A stretch of DNA of 63,025 nucleotides, filler included, from Octopus bimaculoides (Eukaryota), in NCBI RefSeq assembly GCF_001194135.2. It is 4 parts of 4 records of this genome, joined end to end, with 100 filler letters (N's around TTAATTAATTAA, not from the genome) between each part and the next. Parts side by side here need not be neighbours in the genome. Positions count along the whole stretch, not along the records: positions 1 to 31,364 come from NC_068987.1; positions 31,465 to 56,690 come from NC_068985.1; 2 more parts are not named here. One strand, written 5' to 3'. Positions 27,275 through 40,329 of the stretch are shown piece after piece. Made by a program: the position numbers and the translations under genes. The number at the start of each line of letters is the position of its first letter. Positions within the stretch are counted from its first letter, which is position 1. Below the pieces are notes generated by a model that saw only the letters and a list, made by a program, of their open reading frames with translations, ran no database searches and was not told the DNA's origin.

Positions 27275-29378
27275 NNNNNNNNNNAAGGATGTGTTATAAT
27301 ACTATTCCACATACAAAAATAGCCATACCAACAGTGCAACATACATCCATCATCAGCGGCCACACGGATACCGTTATGGTTTCGACACTTATGCAGTACC
27401 CTTCAAAACAGCACTAAAATAAGTGTTGTTTGGGAACAAACAAACCAAAGAAAGCACAACTTTGAAACACATTTACCCTATGTACAATAGTATCGGTAAA
27501 TAAATTCAATAGACTGGTTACTATTACTAGATTTGTGAGTTACCTTACCATCCTCGTCCAAGCTGACCAGAACATCATTCTCTCCTCACCCACTAATCTG
27601 TTTTCCTCTTATACTTCAGACACCGCTCTAACAACCTCTCTCACTTCTGTTGTCTCGGATTTGCAACTAATTTATTAATCAATCTAGCTGCCAAGAACGC
27701 GCTGTATATGCAAATGGGTGTATTCAATTTCCTGATGAATTGACAAATAAGGTTTATAAGCCGTGTTTCTAGGAACTGTAACAATCAGTAAAAAGACAGA
27801 CTCAGTTGCCGATGAAATCCCAGCAGAGGATTGAAACAATTCCGGCTGCTATTTATTTATTTATTTATTTATTTATTCATTTCTTTATTTATTTATCAAT
27901 TGCCTCCGAAGATATTTCATACAAAGGGAAAACGTTTAAATTTCTCAATACACGAAGTTTTGGATAAAAATCTGCTGGAATAATACTGGAGAGCAGTGAA
28001 GTAATGAAACAGCATTCTGTTAACACGCCAATAATTTAATATAAACACACACTATACACACACACACACACACGCACACACACACACACGCATATATATA
28101 TATATGCATATACACATACATACAAACAAGTATGCGTGTGTGTATGTTTGTATTTATGTAAGTGCGTATAAATGTACGTGCATATATGAATGGTAGAACA
28201 GAAATCTGAGCATTTTCATGTATGTATATTTAGCATCCATCCATATATAAGATATACGTACGGTTATGCACCTGTTTAACGGTGTGTGCATATGTGTGTG
28301 CACGTGTGTATATGTGTGTGTGCGTGCGTGTAAGCGCGTGCGTAAATGTGAGTGGGTACATTTGAAGAATACAGCTATAGTTTACTATGTCTTTGGAAAA
28401 TACTACTAAACATTCTTATCTTCAATTTCTTTTTCATCAGTTCAAAAAATGAAGAAAGAAAAAGTGATATATATATATGTGTGTGTATATATATAAAATA
28501 AATACAAATATGTATCAATTTTCTTTATCGATTCCGTGATACCAATTTCGGTAAATATGAATTAAAGAGTTCTTTGTATTTTGTTCTTCAAGTCATATTG
28601 GTGCATATTGGTGCATACGCTCTGTATTAACTTACCCTAATCTTGCGTCTCTCATCTCTCCCAATCGATAAATGTGTTACGATGAACGGCTCTTACTAAG
28701 ACAGGATGATGTACTTCAACTTTCCAAACAACATTTCTATTTTGTTGTGTTCGCCTACAATGAACATAGCAACAACAATTGCATTGAAAGAAACTTCTAA
28801 CTTGCCGACTGACATGCTAGAAATAACACCTAAATCTTCTTCAGCTTACATCTTACCGTCTTAAAATCTGGTAAGACACATTATATAATGTAGTTTATTT
28901 TCTCGAAGAGCCTGGTGTGTATATTTATTGTCTGTTAACCGCCAGGAACGCAACTCACAATAGCTTTCTTTTTGAATAAAGTTACTTCTTCTCACATTAT
29001 CTCACTGTGTCTTTTTACCGTACAAGTATTCTGGCAGCACCATTTTGCCAATATAGGAATGGTCTCTTTCAATGCTAAAACAGCCGCCTGGTCTTCTTTG
29101 TGAGGCCAAGATTAAAACCCGCTTTTGAGGATTTCAATACTTCAAGTCCGCTTCAAACCATCTTTGATTGCAGGCATTCAAGAATCGTCAAATGTTTGTT
29201 GTTATTGTTGTTGCAATTGATACCAATTCCGTTGTAATTAATCACACACCAGATATCTCTTTCGCATTCTTTCATCTCCATTTTGTCGCTACATTCACAC
29301 AAAATGTTTATCTTTCCATCTTTTCAACGCTTTTTTCTTTTCTTTTACTCTTTTTAAAGCCAATTCCCGTTTTGCTTT

Positions 29379-29417
<39 letters not shown>

Positions 29418-29424
29418 TAGTAGC

Positions 29425-29463
<39 letters not shown>
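29379..29463. repeat. (CAG)n grading into (TAG)n
   Basis: Read directly. Confidence 0.95.
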
Positions 29464-29973
29464 NNNNNNNNNNGGGGGGTTCTGCGATATTTCTTGTTTG
29501 ACAGGTTATCAGGTATAAAAGCAGCGTGACCTCCATGTTTTAGGTGAATCAAATGTAACAAAAATACGTGGCCTCGCGTTGATTTAGATATGACTTCTAG
29601 CACAGGGTCACAGATTTGGGTGAGGGTGACTCAAATATATCCATCCCAGTACTTTATTAATCGACCTTGGAGGGATAGAAGATGACATTGATGTCGACGG
29701 GATTTGAATTCGAAACGTAAATAACTGAAACGAATGCCTCTTGGTGCTTGTTCTGAGATCAAGCCCTGCTGTCTCTCGTTCTTCTGCTGTTTATAGCTGA
29801 TATCTGTCAAGAGGTCACCAAAAGAGTCTGGCATATAAATATAGAATTCGTAGAGCAGACCATACAAACCACGTGATCTTACTCGCTATTGTGTAGCCAA
29901 TCATCTTCAAGGGTTTGTAAGAAAATATTGCAAATCATTTATTCCGCGCTCTACCGATTCTAATCACTGCGTA

Positions 29974-30037
<64 letters not shown>

Positions 30038-30049
30038 CTGGGGACGGAT

Positions 30050-30222
30050 AGGATTTTGAGATTGGTACTTGGATGTTGAATGCCTCCTACGATAATTAAC
30101 GACCAGGTATCAAAGCTTATGATGTACAGAAAGAGACCCTGTGACACCTCTGACGGCAGGCTACTGTCCGCTCTCACAGAATCTACCTGAACAAACATGA
30201 CCGAGCGTTCTGAGAAGTAAAA
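30050..30222 (-). mobile_element. Possible very decayed RT fragment (CR1/L2-type)
   Basis: FSERSVMFVQVDSVRADSSLPSEVSQGLFLYI resembles the YLSNRSQFV..SGVPQG..LFLLYI motif region. Confidence 0.4.
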
Positions 30223-30223
30223 C

Positions 30224-30267
<44 letters not shown>

Positions 30268-30268
<1 letters not shown>

Positions 30269-30480
30269 CCTTTCTACTATAGGCACAAGGTCTGAAATTT
30301 GGGGGAGTGGGTGAGTCGATTACATCGACTCCAGTGTTCAACAGGTACTTATTATATCAACCCCGAAAGGATGAAAAGCAAGGTCAACCTCTGTGGAATT
30401 TGAAGCCAGAAGGTAAAGACGAACGAAATGCGGCTCAGCATTTTGTCCGGCGTGCTAGCGATTCTGCCACTTCGCCACTT
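30268..30480 (-). mobile_element. SINE family A embedded in (AAT)n on both sides
   Basis: Full-length copy TCCTTTCTACTATAGGCACAAGG..CCCGAAAGGATGAAAAGCAAGGTCAACC..GATTCTGCCACTTCGCCACTT. Confidence 0.9.
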
Positions 30481-30506
30481 TAATAATAATAATAATAATA
30501 ATAATA

Positions 30507-30543
<37 letters not shown>

Positions 30544-30871
30544 TAGATAGATAGATAGATAGATAGTGGTAATATTAATGTTAATAAGATGAAAATTGGT
30601 ATTTATTTATTTTATTTATCTTTTTTTTTTTTAGATATTTTAAAAGTAAATGACCTCCAAGAATCCGGGTTGCCAGCTTCGGATGAAGGTTGGTAGACAA
30701 TATTTGTATTATTTTCTTCTCTTTGCACCTTGCACCCAACCGTTTATCGAGCACTCTCATCCAAAACTTTGAATAACATCGTAGATAATTCCTAAGACAC
30801 TAACTTTGCAAATTCCGTAAACATAAACTATGCTAATTAATATTTTAATTGCAATAATTAAATATAATTGT

Positions 30872-31250
30872 TTCTAGTTTAGTCACAAGGCTAGCAATTT
30901 CATCGACCTCAGTACTTGACTGGTACTATAATTATTCTGACTCAAGGGAACAAAAGGCAAAATTAACCTCAGCGGGATTTGAACTTATAACGTTAAGAGC
31001 CGGAGGACAGTTGCAAGTCCCTTTCTCTGATGCTCTACCGATCCTGCAAATCCACTGTCTTTAATAAAGATAATAATCTTTTCTATCATAGGCATCTGAC
31101 CTAAAATTTTTGTAAGGAAGGATCAAGTCGATTACATCGACCTCAGTGCTAAACTGGTACTTATTTCGTCGACCCCGAAAGAATGGAAGGCAGAGTCGAC
31201 TTAAAGACGGACGGAGTGGTGCTAAGGCTTTGGTCCGGTGTGCTAATCTA
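30872..31250 (-). mobile_element. Two tandem degenerate SINE family A copies (about 30872-31063 and 31078-31250)
   Basis: Each carries CATCGACCTCAGT..ACTGGTACT..AAGGCA.A.T..AC; both have internal deletions. Confidence 0.7.
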
Positions 31251-31329
31251 ACGAAATATAGAAAATATGCTGGATTGATAGTATGGCTGCTTTTTTTTAT
31301 ATGTGGAATAGTGTTATGACACTTCCTTT

Positions 31330-31364
<35 letters not shown>

Positions 31365-31464
31365 NNNNNNNNNNNNNNNNNNNNNNNNNNNNNNNNNNNN
31401 NNNNNNNNTTAATTAATTAANNNNNNNNNNNNNNNNNNNNNNNNNNNNNNNNNNNNNNNNNNNN
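31365..31464. other. Scaffold-join artefact: 44 N + TTAATTAATTAA + 44 N (also 56691-56790 and 60002-60101)
   Basis: The identical 100-bp structure occurs three times; TTAATTAATTAA is a stop-in-all-frames type linker. Confidence 0.9.
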
Positions 31465-31510
<46 letters not shown>

Positions 31511-31739
31511 TTGTGACTTTCTGTGTAAATCTATGAACGAGACAAACAGGAAGAATGAACTTCAAATATACAGACATGACATGCACTGAAATACTTTACT
31601 GGTCATCTAAATATTCTGGTGGCTATTCAACATACCAGCTGCAGTAGACAGCTACTTGTTCAACTGCACAATTTATAGCAGCTGTTGAAAGCATGATTTG
31701 AATGTATGGTGAGAAGCTAAAAAAGCGATCACTTTATAT

Positions 31740-32938
31740 ATCAACACTCAAGACTCCTTGAACTCAGATCAATATTAATCAACAGACATTACCCAATTTG
31801 TTTAATAAATGATGAAATTAAACGAGCTAAGGAAACAGACATACAAACATTAAGGGAAGTCAACCGAAATACTAAACCAGACTTAAAAATACTCCCATAC
31901 ATCTCCACACATAACCCTAGAAACAACGAAGCCTTTAACATTATCATCCAAAATCTACCCATCCTCACAAGAACAATGAACAATGAACAACATTTTAGAC
32001 TCACACAAAATTATCAAAAGTAAAATGCAACCTAAATCACTGAAAAAATATTAACTAGCGCAAGACTGTATCCATTAACAACAGAACCAAAAGTGAAAAA
32101 ATGTGGTCGCCCTACCTGTGGTACTTGCCCACACCTTTTGGAGGGTTCAGATTTCCACTTTAAACAAGGTGAAATATTCAAGATTAAATCAAATTTCACC
32201 TGTGCCTCAGAAAATCTAATCTATGCCATTACATGCTTAGGGTGTGATAATTATATTGGCCAAACAGGAATATCACTCCGTAGAAGAACCACTCTCCACA
32301 AAGAACAAATCCGCCACCCACATTACAGACAGATACAGGTTAGTGGACACATAGAAAGGTGTGCGAGAAATCTTAATCCTAATTTCCTAAATTTTCCCTT
32401 CAATCAATGTTCACAGAATACCTCAATACAACAAAGAATGAATAAAGAGGCAATTTTCATCAATAAATATCTTCTACAACTAAATATGAACATATAACAT
32501 AATATAGAACACTACTAATCTTCCATTTGATACCACTAACCCTTATACATCCCATACACCATTCACATTACAGATCTAGATCTACCCTAATTGCACCAAA
32601 TCCAGAACTACTTACCTCCCTTACGCATAATCTTTTTACTCAGGGACTAATACACCTGACGCCGTTCAATATTCGGTGTGCATTCAAAGCAATGATTAGT
32701 AATATTACGAAACCGGTATGCTTTTGAATCTCTTTGATACTCACAATAATGACTTTTATTACCTCTAATCCTACCTCAGTTCATCTAATTGTATATATCT
32801 ATCGTTATTTTTCATAAAAAGCCTTTACTTTTTTTGATTTCCAATGTGCATTTTCACTTATTTTTCTGCTTACTTTCCCCTTACATTTCCACGTGTAGTT
32901 TCTATTTCGTTTTTGCAACATATTTCTATTATATATAT
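31740..32938 (+). mobile_element. Penelope-like element (Neptune-type), 5'-truncated: RT thumb, linker, GIY-YIG endonuclease and 3' region
   Basis: RLLELRSILINRHYPICLINDEIKRA, LPYISTHNPRN, CGRPTCGTC (Cx4Cx2C), NLIYAITC..C..YIGQTG.SLRRR..H. Stop at 32497; frameshifts; ends at (TA)n. Confidence 0.9.
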
Positions 32939-33783
32939 ANNNNNNNNNNNNNNNNNNNNNNNNNNNNNNNNNNNNNNNNNNNNNNNNNNNNNNNNNNNNN
33001 NNNNNNNNNNNNNNNNNNNNNNNNNNNNNNNNNNNNNNNNNNNNNNNNNNNNNNNNNNNNNNNNNNNNNNNNNNNNNNNNNNNNNNNNNNNNNNNNNNNN
33101 NNNNNNNNNNNNNNNNNNNNNNNNNNNNNNNNNNNNNNNNNNNNNNNNNNNNNNNNNNNNNNNNNNNNNNNNNNNNNNNNNNNNNNNNNNNNNNNNNNNN
33201 NNNNNNNNNNNNNNNNNNNNNNNNNNNNNNNNNNNNNNNNNNNNNNNNNNNNNNNNNNNNNNNNNNNNNNNNNNNNNNNNNNNNNNNNNNNNNNNNNNNN
33301 NNNNNNNNNNNNNNNNNNNNNNNNNNNNNNNNNNNNNNNNNNNNNNNNNATATATATATATATATAATAACAATATTAGGGATAAAATCCAAAATTACAG
33401 GTAAAAACTCAATTAAAATCAATTTATTAAAAATTAAAATTAAATTAAACTTCACAGTATAAAATATATATAAATATATAGTATTAAGGAAAAGAACCAA
33501 AGTTTATGAACTCATCGATGAAAACCACTGTCACATATAGAAAAAATTAATAATTAAAAGTACAATAAATAAGTATAATATAATACAAAGTAAATGTCAT
33601 AAGATTAAGTTAATATATATACATACACTTGCACACACATCTATGTATGGGGTGCGTGGGTTAAATTTGACGATTTGTTTCATGTCCACTTTCGTCTGAA
33701 GAACATGTTGATGTTTTGGTGAAAACTCAACAGTGTTGTAGAGCTTAAAGATAAAAGTTGTAGTTGAGAAAATATTAGGAGAC

Positions 33784-34421
33784 ATGGAGTACTGGAAACC
33801 ATCTGAAAATAGAAGAAAAGTTTCATGCATCGTGATGATTCGCACAGGCTATCAAAATGCCAATATCATGACTGCTGCTCAGTGTTCAGCAAACGCTGTA
33901 ACGGCTGTATGACGTGACTGGACAGCTGCAGCCGAAACTACGAAGCCGCAGCCAACAGGAAGAAACACAACACACAGGATGTGTTCTGTGTCCGCACACT
34001 GGAATTCCTTCCTGCATCTTTGAACAGGGCTTAGATTCAATTCGGTTGGATATGTGAAGCTGTTGGCGACTGTGGTCAATCTCTGGCTGGAGAGAGTTGC
34101 TACTTGAAGGGCATTTGTATGGCAGTAGGATTCGACTCCTTGCTATACCTCCGGAAAGTGTGATAAATGATTGTCAGAATATTTCTACGACTTCTCCAAC
34201 TCCTGTTTCTGGCTTCTTAATTCTCTCGATTGTAACCCCATGCATTACTATGTGTGGGGTGCATTTGAGAAAGACTCCAGCCGCTCCGCCTGTTACACTA
34301 AGGTCGAGCTGGTAGCCAAGATCCCGATGTTTGAGGATCTTCCCAAGGTCACATCGAGGGAGTTCGAAAATCGAACCGTATTGATGTCGTGGTGGTAGAT
34401 GAGGATGGCTACTTTGAGTAA
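33784..34421 (+). mobile_element. IS630-Tc1-mariner transposase relic, DD37D (maT-like), internally deleted
   Basis: ATG at 33784 (MEYWKPSE..). C-terminal FVWQ*DSTPCYTSGK..LSEYFYDF..FWLLNSLDCNPMHYYVWGAFEK has 37 residues between the D at 34129 and the position (now H) at 34243. Ends DGYFE*. TIRs not convincingly identified. Confidence 0.85.
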
Positions 34422-34518
34422 ACTGTTATCTTAATCTTCAAGTACACTGCCTGGGGCTGAAAATAGTTTACTTTGGTGCAACAATTAAAATTCCCAATGC
34501 GTAAAGCTTGCGTCTTAT

Positions 34519-34937
34519 TCTTTTCTTTTCTACTCTAGGCTCAAGGTCCGGAATTTTGAAGGAGGAGGCGAGTCAATTAGATCGACCCCAGTACGCAACT
34601 GGTACTTAATTTTTTGACCCCGAAAGGATAAAAGGCAAAGTCGACTTCGGCGGAATTTGAGCTCAGAACGCAAAGACAGACGAAATACCGCTATGTATTT
34701 CGCCCTGCGTGCTAACGTTTCTTATTTCTTTACAGCACACAAGAGGCTACACACAGAGGGGACAAACAAGGACAGACAAACGGATTAAGTCAATTAACTG
34801 GTACTTATTTAATCGACCCTGAAAGGATGAAAGGCAATGTCGACTTCGGTGGAATTCGAACTCAGAACGTAGCGGCAGACTAAATACCGCTAAGCATTTT
34901 GCCCGGCGTGCTAACGAATCTGCCAGCTCGTCGCCTT
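34519..34937 (-). mobile_element. Dimeric SINE family A (two monomers, different tails) flanked by one 14-bp direct repeat
   Basis: Two copies of GAAAGGAT.AAAGGCAA.GTCGACTTCGG.GGAATT. Flanks AGCTTGCGTCTTAT (34505-34518) and AGCTTGCATCTTAT (34938-34951). Confidence 0.85.
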
Positions 34938-34955
34938 AGCTTGCATCTTATAGTG

Positions 34956-35258
34956 AAGGTGCATGGCTTAGTGGTTATAGTGTCGGGCTAACAATCATGA
35001 GGTAGTGAGTTCGATTTTCGAACTGGGCAGTGAGTTGTGTTCTTGAGTAAGACACTTTATTTCACGTTGCTCCAGTTCACTCAACTGCAGAAATGATTTG
35101 CAATGTCAGTGGACAACATCGGTGGCGTGGAGAGGGGAGACTTGTATGCATGGGTGACTGCTGGTCTTTCATAAACAGCCTTGCTCGGACTTGTGCCTCC
35201 GAGGGTAACTTTCTAGGTGTAATCCCACGGTCATTCATGACCGAAGGGGTTCTTTTAC
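34956..35258 (+). mobile_element. tRNA-derived SINE with family C head and middle but a different 3' tail (tail Y)
   Basis: TGGCTTAGTGG, GAGTTCGATT, then TTGTGTTCTTGAGTAAGACACTTTATTTCACGTTGCTCCAGTTCACTCA as in family C. After about 35100 the sequence is unrelated to tail X. Confidence 0.75.
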
Positions 35259-36247
35259 ATAATAGAGTAGAAAGCACACGGCCTAATGAATGTTTGTTTC
35301 ATTCTGGTTTGAACTGTACTACCGGTTCCCTTTGATATAACTGAAATGCGGTGGAATGGGTTTCAGGGTTTGGAAGATAAAAGCACGCGGTGTGGAGTGA
35401 GAAAGGAAGGATATCGTTATTTTTATCACACACATTAAAAAACTGACTGTAATTTATTAAAAGAACAATAATTTATTCAGAATAAATGTTTGACATCCCT
35501 TCCTTTCAGTAGCACACACATGCTCAAGCATATCCACACCAATCCACGAAGCACATAGGCGTATCTACATCTTTTTGTTTATATATTGTGTTTGTCTTGA
35601 ATGAAATAGATTTATGAGGCTAGAAGCTGTGATACATAAATGTCGTCTGCTCTATAGTGCATTATATTTTAAGTGAAATTCAGTTCTTTAGTAAATATGC
35701 ACATTTCCCTGTTTTAGCGAAATATTTCAAATCTTCTTTACTTAACAAAACAACTGAAAATCATAACAGAATTAGAAAGTAACTAAGTTTTGGTAAATTA
35801 AATTTACAGTGTCTTTTATTCCTGTAGAGAAGTGAATTTCGAATTGTTCTTTCTTTTGGTGAGTGGGGAGTGTTCTTGATTTTTTGAATGATATAATCTA
35901 TATGTTCATGCATGTGTACGCGTGCATGAATATCTCTGTGTGTCTGTACATACATACATATCTGTGTGTATGTATGTGGATGTCTGTATATATACTGAGA
36001 AAGCAAACTTTGTATGCATATACACATGAATACATGTATTAAACCTCACACATACATATATATATATGCTTGTGTGTGTGTATAAAGTATGCATATATAT
36101 AAAAATATATATGCATAAATATATATGCATATATATGTATATATGTACACATACACATAAATGTTTACATATGTATAACAATACATACATTTTTACATAT
36201 GAGAAATACTCACATGCATACACATCGACGCATATGCGCTGTATATG

Positions 36248-36700
36248 CAGGCGTGGCTGTGTAGTAAGAAGCTTGCTTCCAAACCACATGGCACTGGGTT
36301 CAGTCACACTGCCTGGTACCTTGGGCAAATGTCTTATTCTAAATCCTTAGACCGGCCAAAGCCTTGAGAGTGGATTTGGTAGACGGAAACTCAAATAAGC
36401 CCGTTGTATGTGTGTGTATGTATGTATATATATATGTATGGGTGTGCATATGTGTTTGTGTGTTTTTGTGCATGTGTATGTATCTTAGTGTCTGTATTTG
36501 CCCACCACCGCTTGACAATCGGTGTTGGTGTGTTTACGTCCCCGTGACTTAGTGGTTCGGCCCAAGAGACCGACAGCTTGGGCTTTAAAAGAAATATAAA
36601 TATTGAGTAAATTTGTTCAACTAAAAAGACCCTTCAAGGCGGTGCCCCAGCATGGTCGCACTTAAATGACTGAAAGAAGTAAAAAAATAAAAAATAAAAG
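36248..36700 (+). mobile_element. SINE family B, near full length, with an internal TG-rich microsatellite
   Basis: tRNA-like head, CCTTGGGCAA.TGTCTT middle, internal (TG/TATG)n, 3' half GGTGTGTTTACGTCCCCGTGACTTAG..GGCGGTGCCCCAGCATGG, A-rich tail. Confidence 0.85.
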
Positions 36701-36888
36701 ACTGGCACACCCATAAAAAAAAACAGGAAAAACAACAAAAGTCAAGAGAATAGAGGAAAATGTCCAGAGAGGAGGAAGGAACAGATAGTCCAGAGAAAAG
36801 CACGCGTGTCGTTAGATGGCCAGATGTACGTACGTATATATGTACACACACACATACATGCACACACACAAGTATATATAATATTATT

Positions 36889-37105
36889 ATTTCTGCTCTA
36901 GGCACAAGGATATGAAACTTTTTTAGGGATGGGGGGCTAGTCAATTACATCGACTCTAGTGCATAACTGGTACTTATTTCATCGAATGTGAAAGGATGAA
37001 AACAAAGTCGACCTCGGCGGAACTTGAACTCGGAGCGTAGCTGCAGACGAAATACTACTAAGCATGTCGCCCAGTGTGCTAACGATTCTGCCAGTTCGCC
37101 GCTTT
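36889..37105 (-). mobile_element. SINE family A
   Basis: CTAGGCACAAGG..AACTGGTACTTATTTCATCGA..AAAGTCGACCTCGGCGGAACTTGAACTC..GATTCTGCCAGTTCGCCGCTTT. Confidence 0.9.
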
Positions 37106-37162
37106 AATTCTATATAATATAATATTTTATAATATTTTATCCGAAATGCTAATTGACATGCA

Positions 37163-37667
37163 GTGGAGGCGCAATGGCCCAGTGGTTAGGGCAGCGGACT
37201 CGCGGTCATAGNNNNNNNNNNNNNNNNNNNNNNNNNNNNNNNNNNNNNNNNNNNNNNNNNNNNNNNNNNNNNNNNNNNNNNNNNNNNNNNNNNNNNNNNN
37301 NNNNNNNNNNNNNNNNNNNNNNNNNNNNNNNATAGGATCGCGGTTTCGATTCCCAGACCGGGCGTTGTGAGTGTTTATTGAGCGAAAACACCTGAAACTC
37401 CACGAGGCTCCGGCAGGGGATGGTGGCGAACTTTGCTGTACTGTTTCACCACAACTTTCTCTCACTCTTGCTTCCTGTTCCTGTCGTGCCTGTAATTCAA
37501 AGGGTCAGCCTTGTCACACTTTGTCACGCTGAATATCCCCGAGAACTACGTTAAAGGTACACGTGCCTGTGGAGTGCTCAGCCACTTGCACGTTAATTTC
37601 ACGAGCAGGCTGTGCCGTTGATCGGATCAACTGGAACTCTCGACGTCGTAAGCGACGGAGTGCCAAC
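37163..37667 (+). mobile_element. tRNA-derived SINE, family D (own head and middle, tail X), with a 12-bp TSD
   Basis: A box TGGCCCAGTGG, B box GGTTTCGATTCC. Exact flanking direct repeat AATTGACATGCA at 37151-37162 and 37668-37679. The 120-N gap in the head has ATAG on both sides and is probably spurious. Confidence 0.9.
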
Positions 37668-38252
37668 AATTGACATGCAAGATTCAACTGAGTTTTTCAT
37701 ATAGTGATAACTCAGTTGGGAAATATTTAAACAATATATCTTAAACATTGCTGTATAATATGCTTTACTATTTATTTTATAATGCTTAATGGAATTTGAT
37801 CTATACCCTTTTATTCACGACGTACACGAATTTGATTTGTCCGGTTCAGCTGATGGTGTACGTTTTGAGCGACTTTTTGATCCTTTGTAATGCTAAAAAT
37901 ACTTTTTCATTACTTGCATCTGATTCGTGACATCGGGCAAAAGGTCTGTGGTCAACAGAAAGGAAAATAGGTAATAGAAACAAAATTTACCGAAATTTAA
38001 TTCATTATCTGTCAATGAAATTGGATTTATGACAAATAGGCCTCGGCGTGGCTTTGTCAAATACAACGTAGAAGGTATTAAATAACGTTGTACTAGAACA
38101 CTTAATTTTAATCTTTGTTTCCACAAATACGTCATTGTGTTAGAATTGTTATATCTAGACTTGCATGTTTTCAATTAAATGAGTACTAACATGTCTACAA
38201 ACGATACAATTTACGACCCTGGGTTGGTCTACTGCTTATGTAGCTACCCCTC

Positions 38253-38291
<39 letters not shown>

Positions 38292-39642
38292 CCCCCCTCA
38301 CTCTCTCTCTCTATATATATAGATGCATNNNNNNNNNNNNNNNNNNNNNNNNNNNNNNNNNNNNNNNNNNNNNNNNNNNNNNNNNNNNNNNNNNNNNNNN
38401 NNNNNNNNNNNNNNNNNNNNNNNNNNNNNNNNNNNNNNNNNNNNNNNNNNNNNNNNNNNNNNNNNNNNNNNNNNNNNNNNNNNNNNNNNNNNNNNNNNNN
38501 NNNNNNNNNNNNNNNNNNNNNNNNNNNNNNNNNNNNNNNNNNNNNNNNNNNNNNNNNNNNNNNNNNNNNNNNNNNNNNNNNNNNNNNNNNNNNNNNNNNN
38601 NNNNNNNNNNNNNNNNNNNNNNNNNNNNNNNNNNNNNNNNNNNNNNNNNNNNNNNNNNNNNNNNNNNNNNNNNNNNNNNNNNNNNNNNNNNNNNNNNNNN
38701 NNNNNNNNNNNNNNNNNNNNNNNNNNNNNNNNNNNNNNNNNNNNNNNNNNNNNNNNNNNNNNNNNNNNNNNNNNNNNNNNNNNNNNNNNNNNNNNNNNNN
38801 NNNNNNNNNNNNNNNNNNNNNNNNNNNNNNNNNNNNNNNNNNNNNNNNNNNNNNNNNNNNNNNNNNNNNNNNNNNNNNNNNNNNNNNNNNNNNNNNNNNN
38901 NNNNNNCAAGAATATCCTGAATTCTTGCTGGATGTTGGCGTATTTCAAGTAATTTTATTTCGAGGTGGTATTGTGATATTTGAGTCATTATTGTAAGTTA
39001 AATTTCAATGCAGAAAAGTAAGTGAAAAGATGTGTATATCACAAAAATACTCTACTGACGGGAGCGGTCGAGATTGCTGTCCGTTTGTCTGCTTTTCCCC
39101 TTTGCTGATTGTGTTCATCTTCATTCTTTTATGTACTGATGATTTCTCTCTGAAAAAAGATCTTTTGATGAAAAATTCAGGAAACAGCAATAAAATGCTT
39201 TTATTAAACGCAATGCATAGCTTTTAAATTCGTTCGAATTTTACTTAATTTTGTTTGCAAAACGGCTTGAAAGCAATGCTCGTCTCCGGAAAGTGAATAA
39301 TACACTTTTTGATGGAATTTAACTACCTCATCCAAAAGAAATAGATTGTATCAACAATTTCATATTGACACAATAGCTACTAATAAATCACAATGCCTCA
39401 AATGTCACTGAAAAAATTATTCGAAATATATCAAGAGAAATCAACTCGATACATTCAGGGTATACTTTTGTATTTTATATATTATTCTCTATTGCGTCGT
39501 ATACATTTGCCAAGTCAGAAAAAGAAAAGAAAAAAACATCAGATGTTGATTTTTCCCATTTGTCTGAATGAGGGGGTACTCGTGAATACTGCTGCTGCTG
39601 CCGCTGACTCCGATGTCTTTGCCGTTGCATTTGCCAATGCCT

Positions 39643-39699
<57 letters not shown>

Positions 39700-39725
39700 T
39701 TACTACTACTACTACTACTACTACT
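39643..39725. repeat. (CTA)n
   Basis: Read directly. Confidence 0.95.
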
Positions 39726-40086
39726 TTTGAATTGTCTTGGTCGGTTTTCATGCTTTGACTTGAAAATATCCGAACGCTCTTCTACTTCACCTTGTTTATT
39801 TTTCTTTCATCTCTCCAAATCAACAATATAATCTCTCCCCACTCTCTCTCCCTCATTCTCTCTCTTACTCACTCACTCACTCACNNNNNNNNNNNNNNNN
39901 NNNNNNNNNNNNNNNNNNNNNNNNNNNNNNNNNNNNNNNNNNNNNNNNNNNNNNNNNNNNNNNNNNNNNNNNNNNNNNNNNNNNNNNNNNNNNNNNNNNN
40001 NNNNNNNNNNNNNNNNNNNNNNNNNNNNNNNNNNNNNNNNNNNNNNNNNNNNNNNNNNNNNNNNNNNNNNNNNNNNNNNNNNNNNG

Positions 40087-40328
40087 GCTCCCGCAGGGGT
40101 GGTGACGATCCCTGCTGCACTCTCTTACTCTTTCTTCCTGTTTCTGTTGTGCCTGTATTTCAAAAGGCCAGCCTTGTCACACTCTGTGTCACGCTGAATC
40201 TCCCCGAGAACTACATTAAAAGTACACGTGTCCGTGGAGTGCTCAACAACTTGCACGTTAATTTCACGAGCAGGCTGTTCCGTTGATCGGAGCAAATGGA
40301 ACACTCGTCGTCGTAACCGATGGGGTAC
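40087..40328 (+). mobile_element. SINE family D, 3' portion (5' part lost in a gap)
   Basis: GGCTCCCGCAGGGG..CAGCCTTGTCACAC..TTAATTTCACGAGCAGGCTG..GTCGTAACCGA aligns with 37405-37665. Confidence 0.85.
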
Positions 40329-40329
40329 C

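Noticed and set aside
31409-31420. TTAATTAATTAA repeated at 31409, 56735 and 60046
   Set aside because: Always centred in an exact 44N+12+44N block; an assembly linker, not biology.
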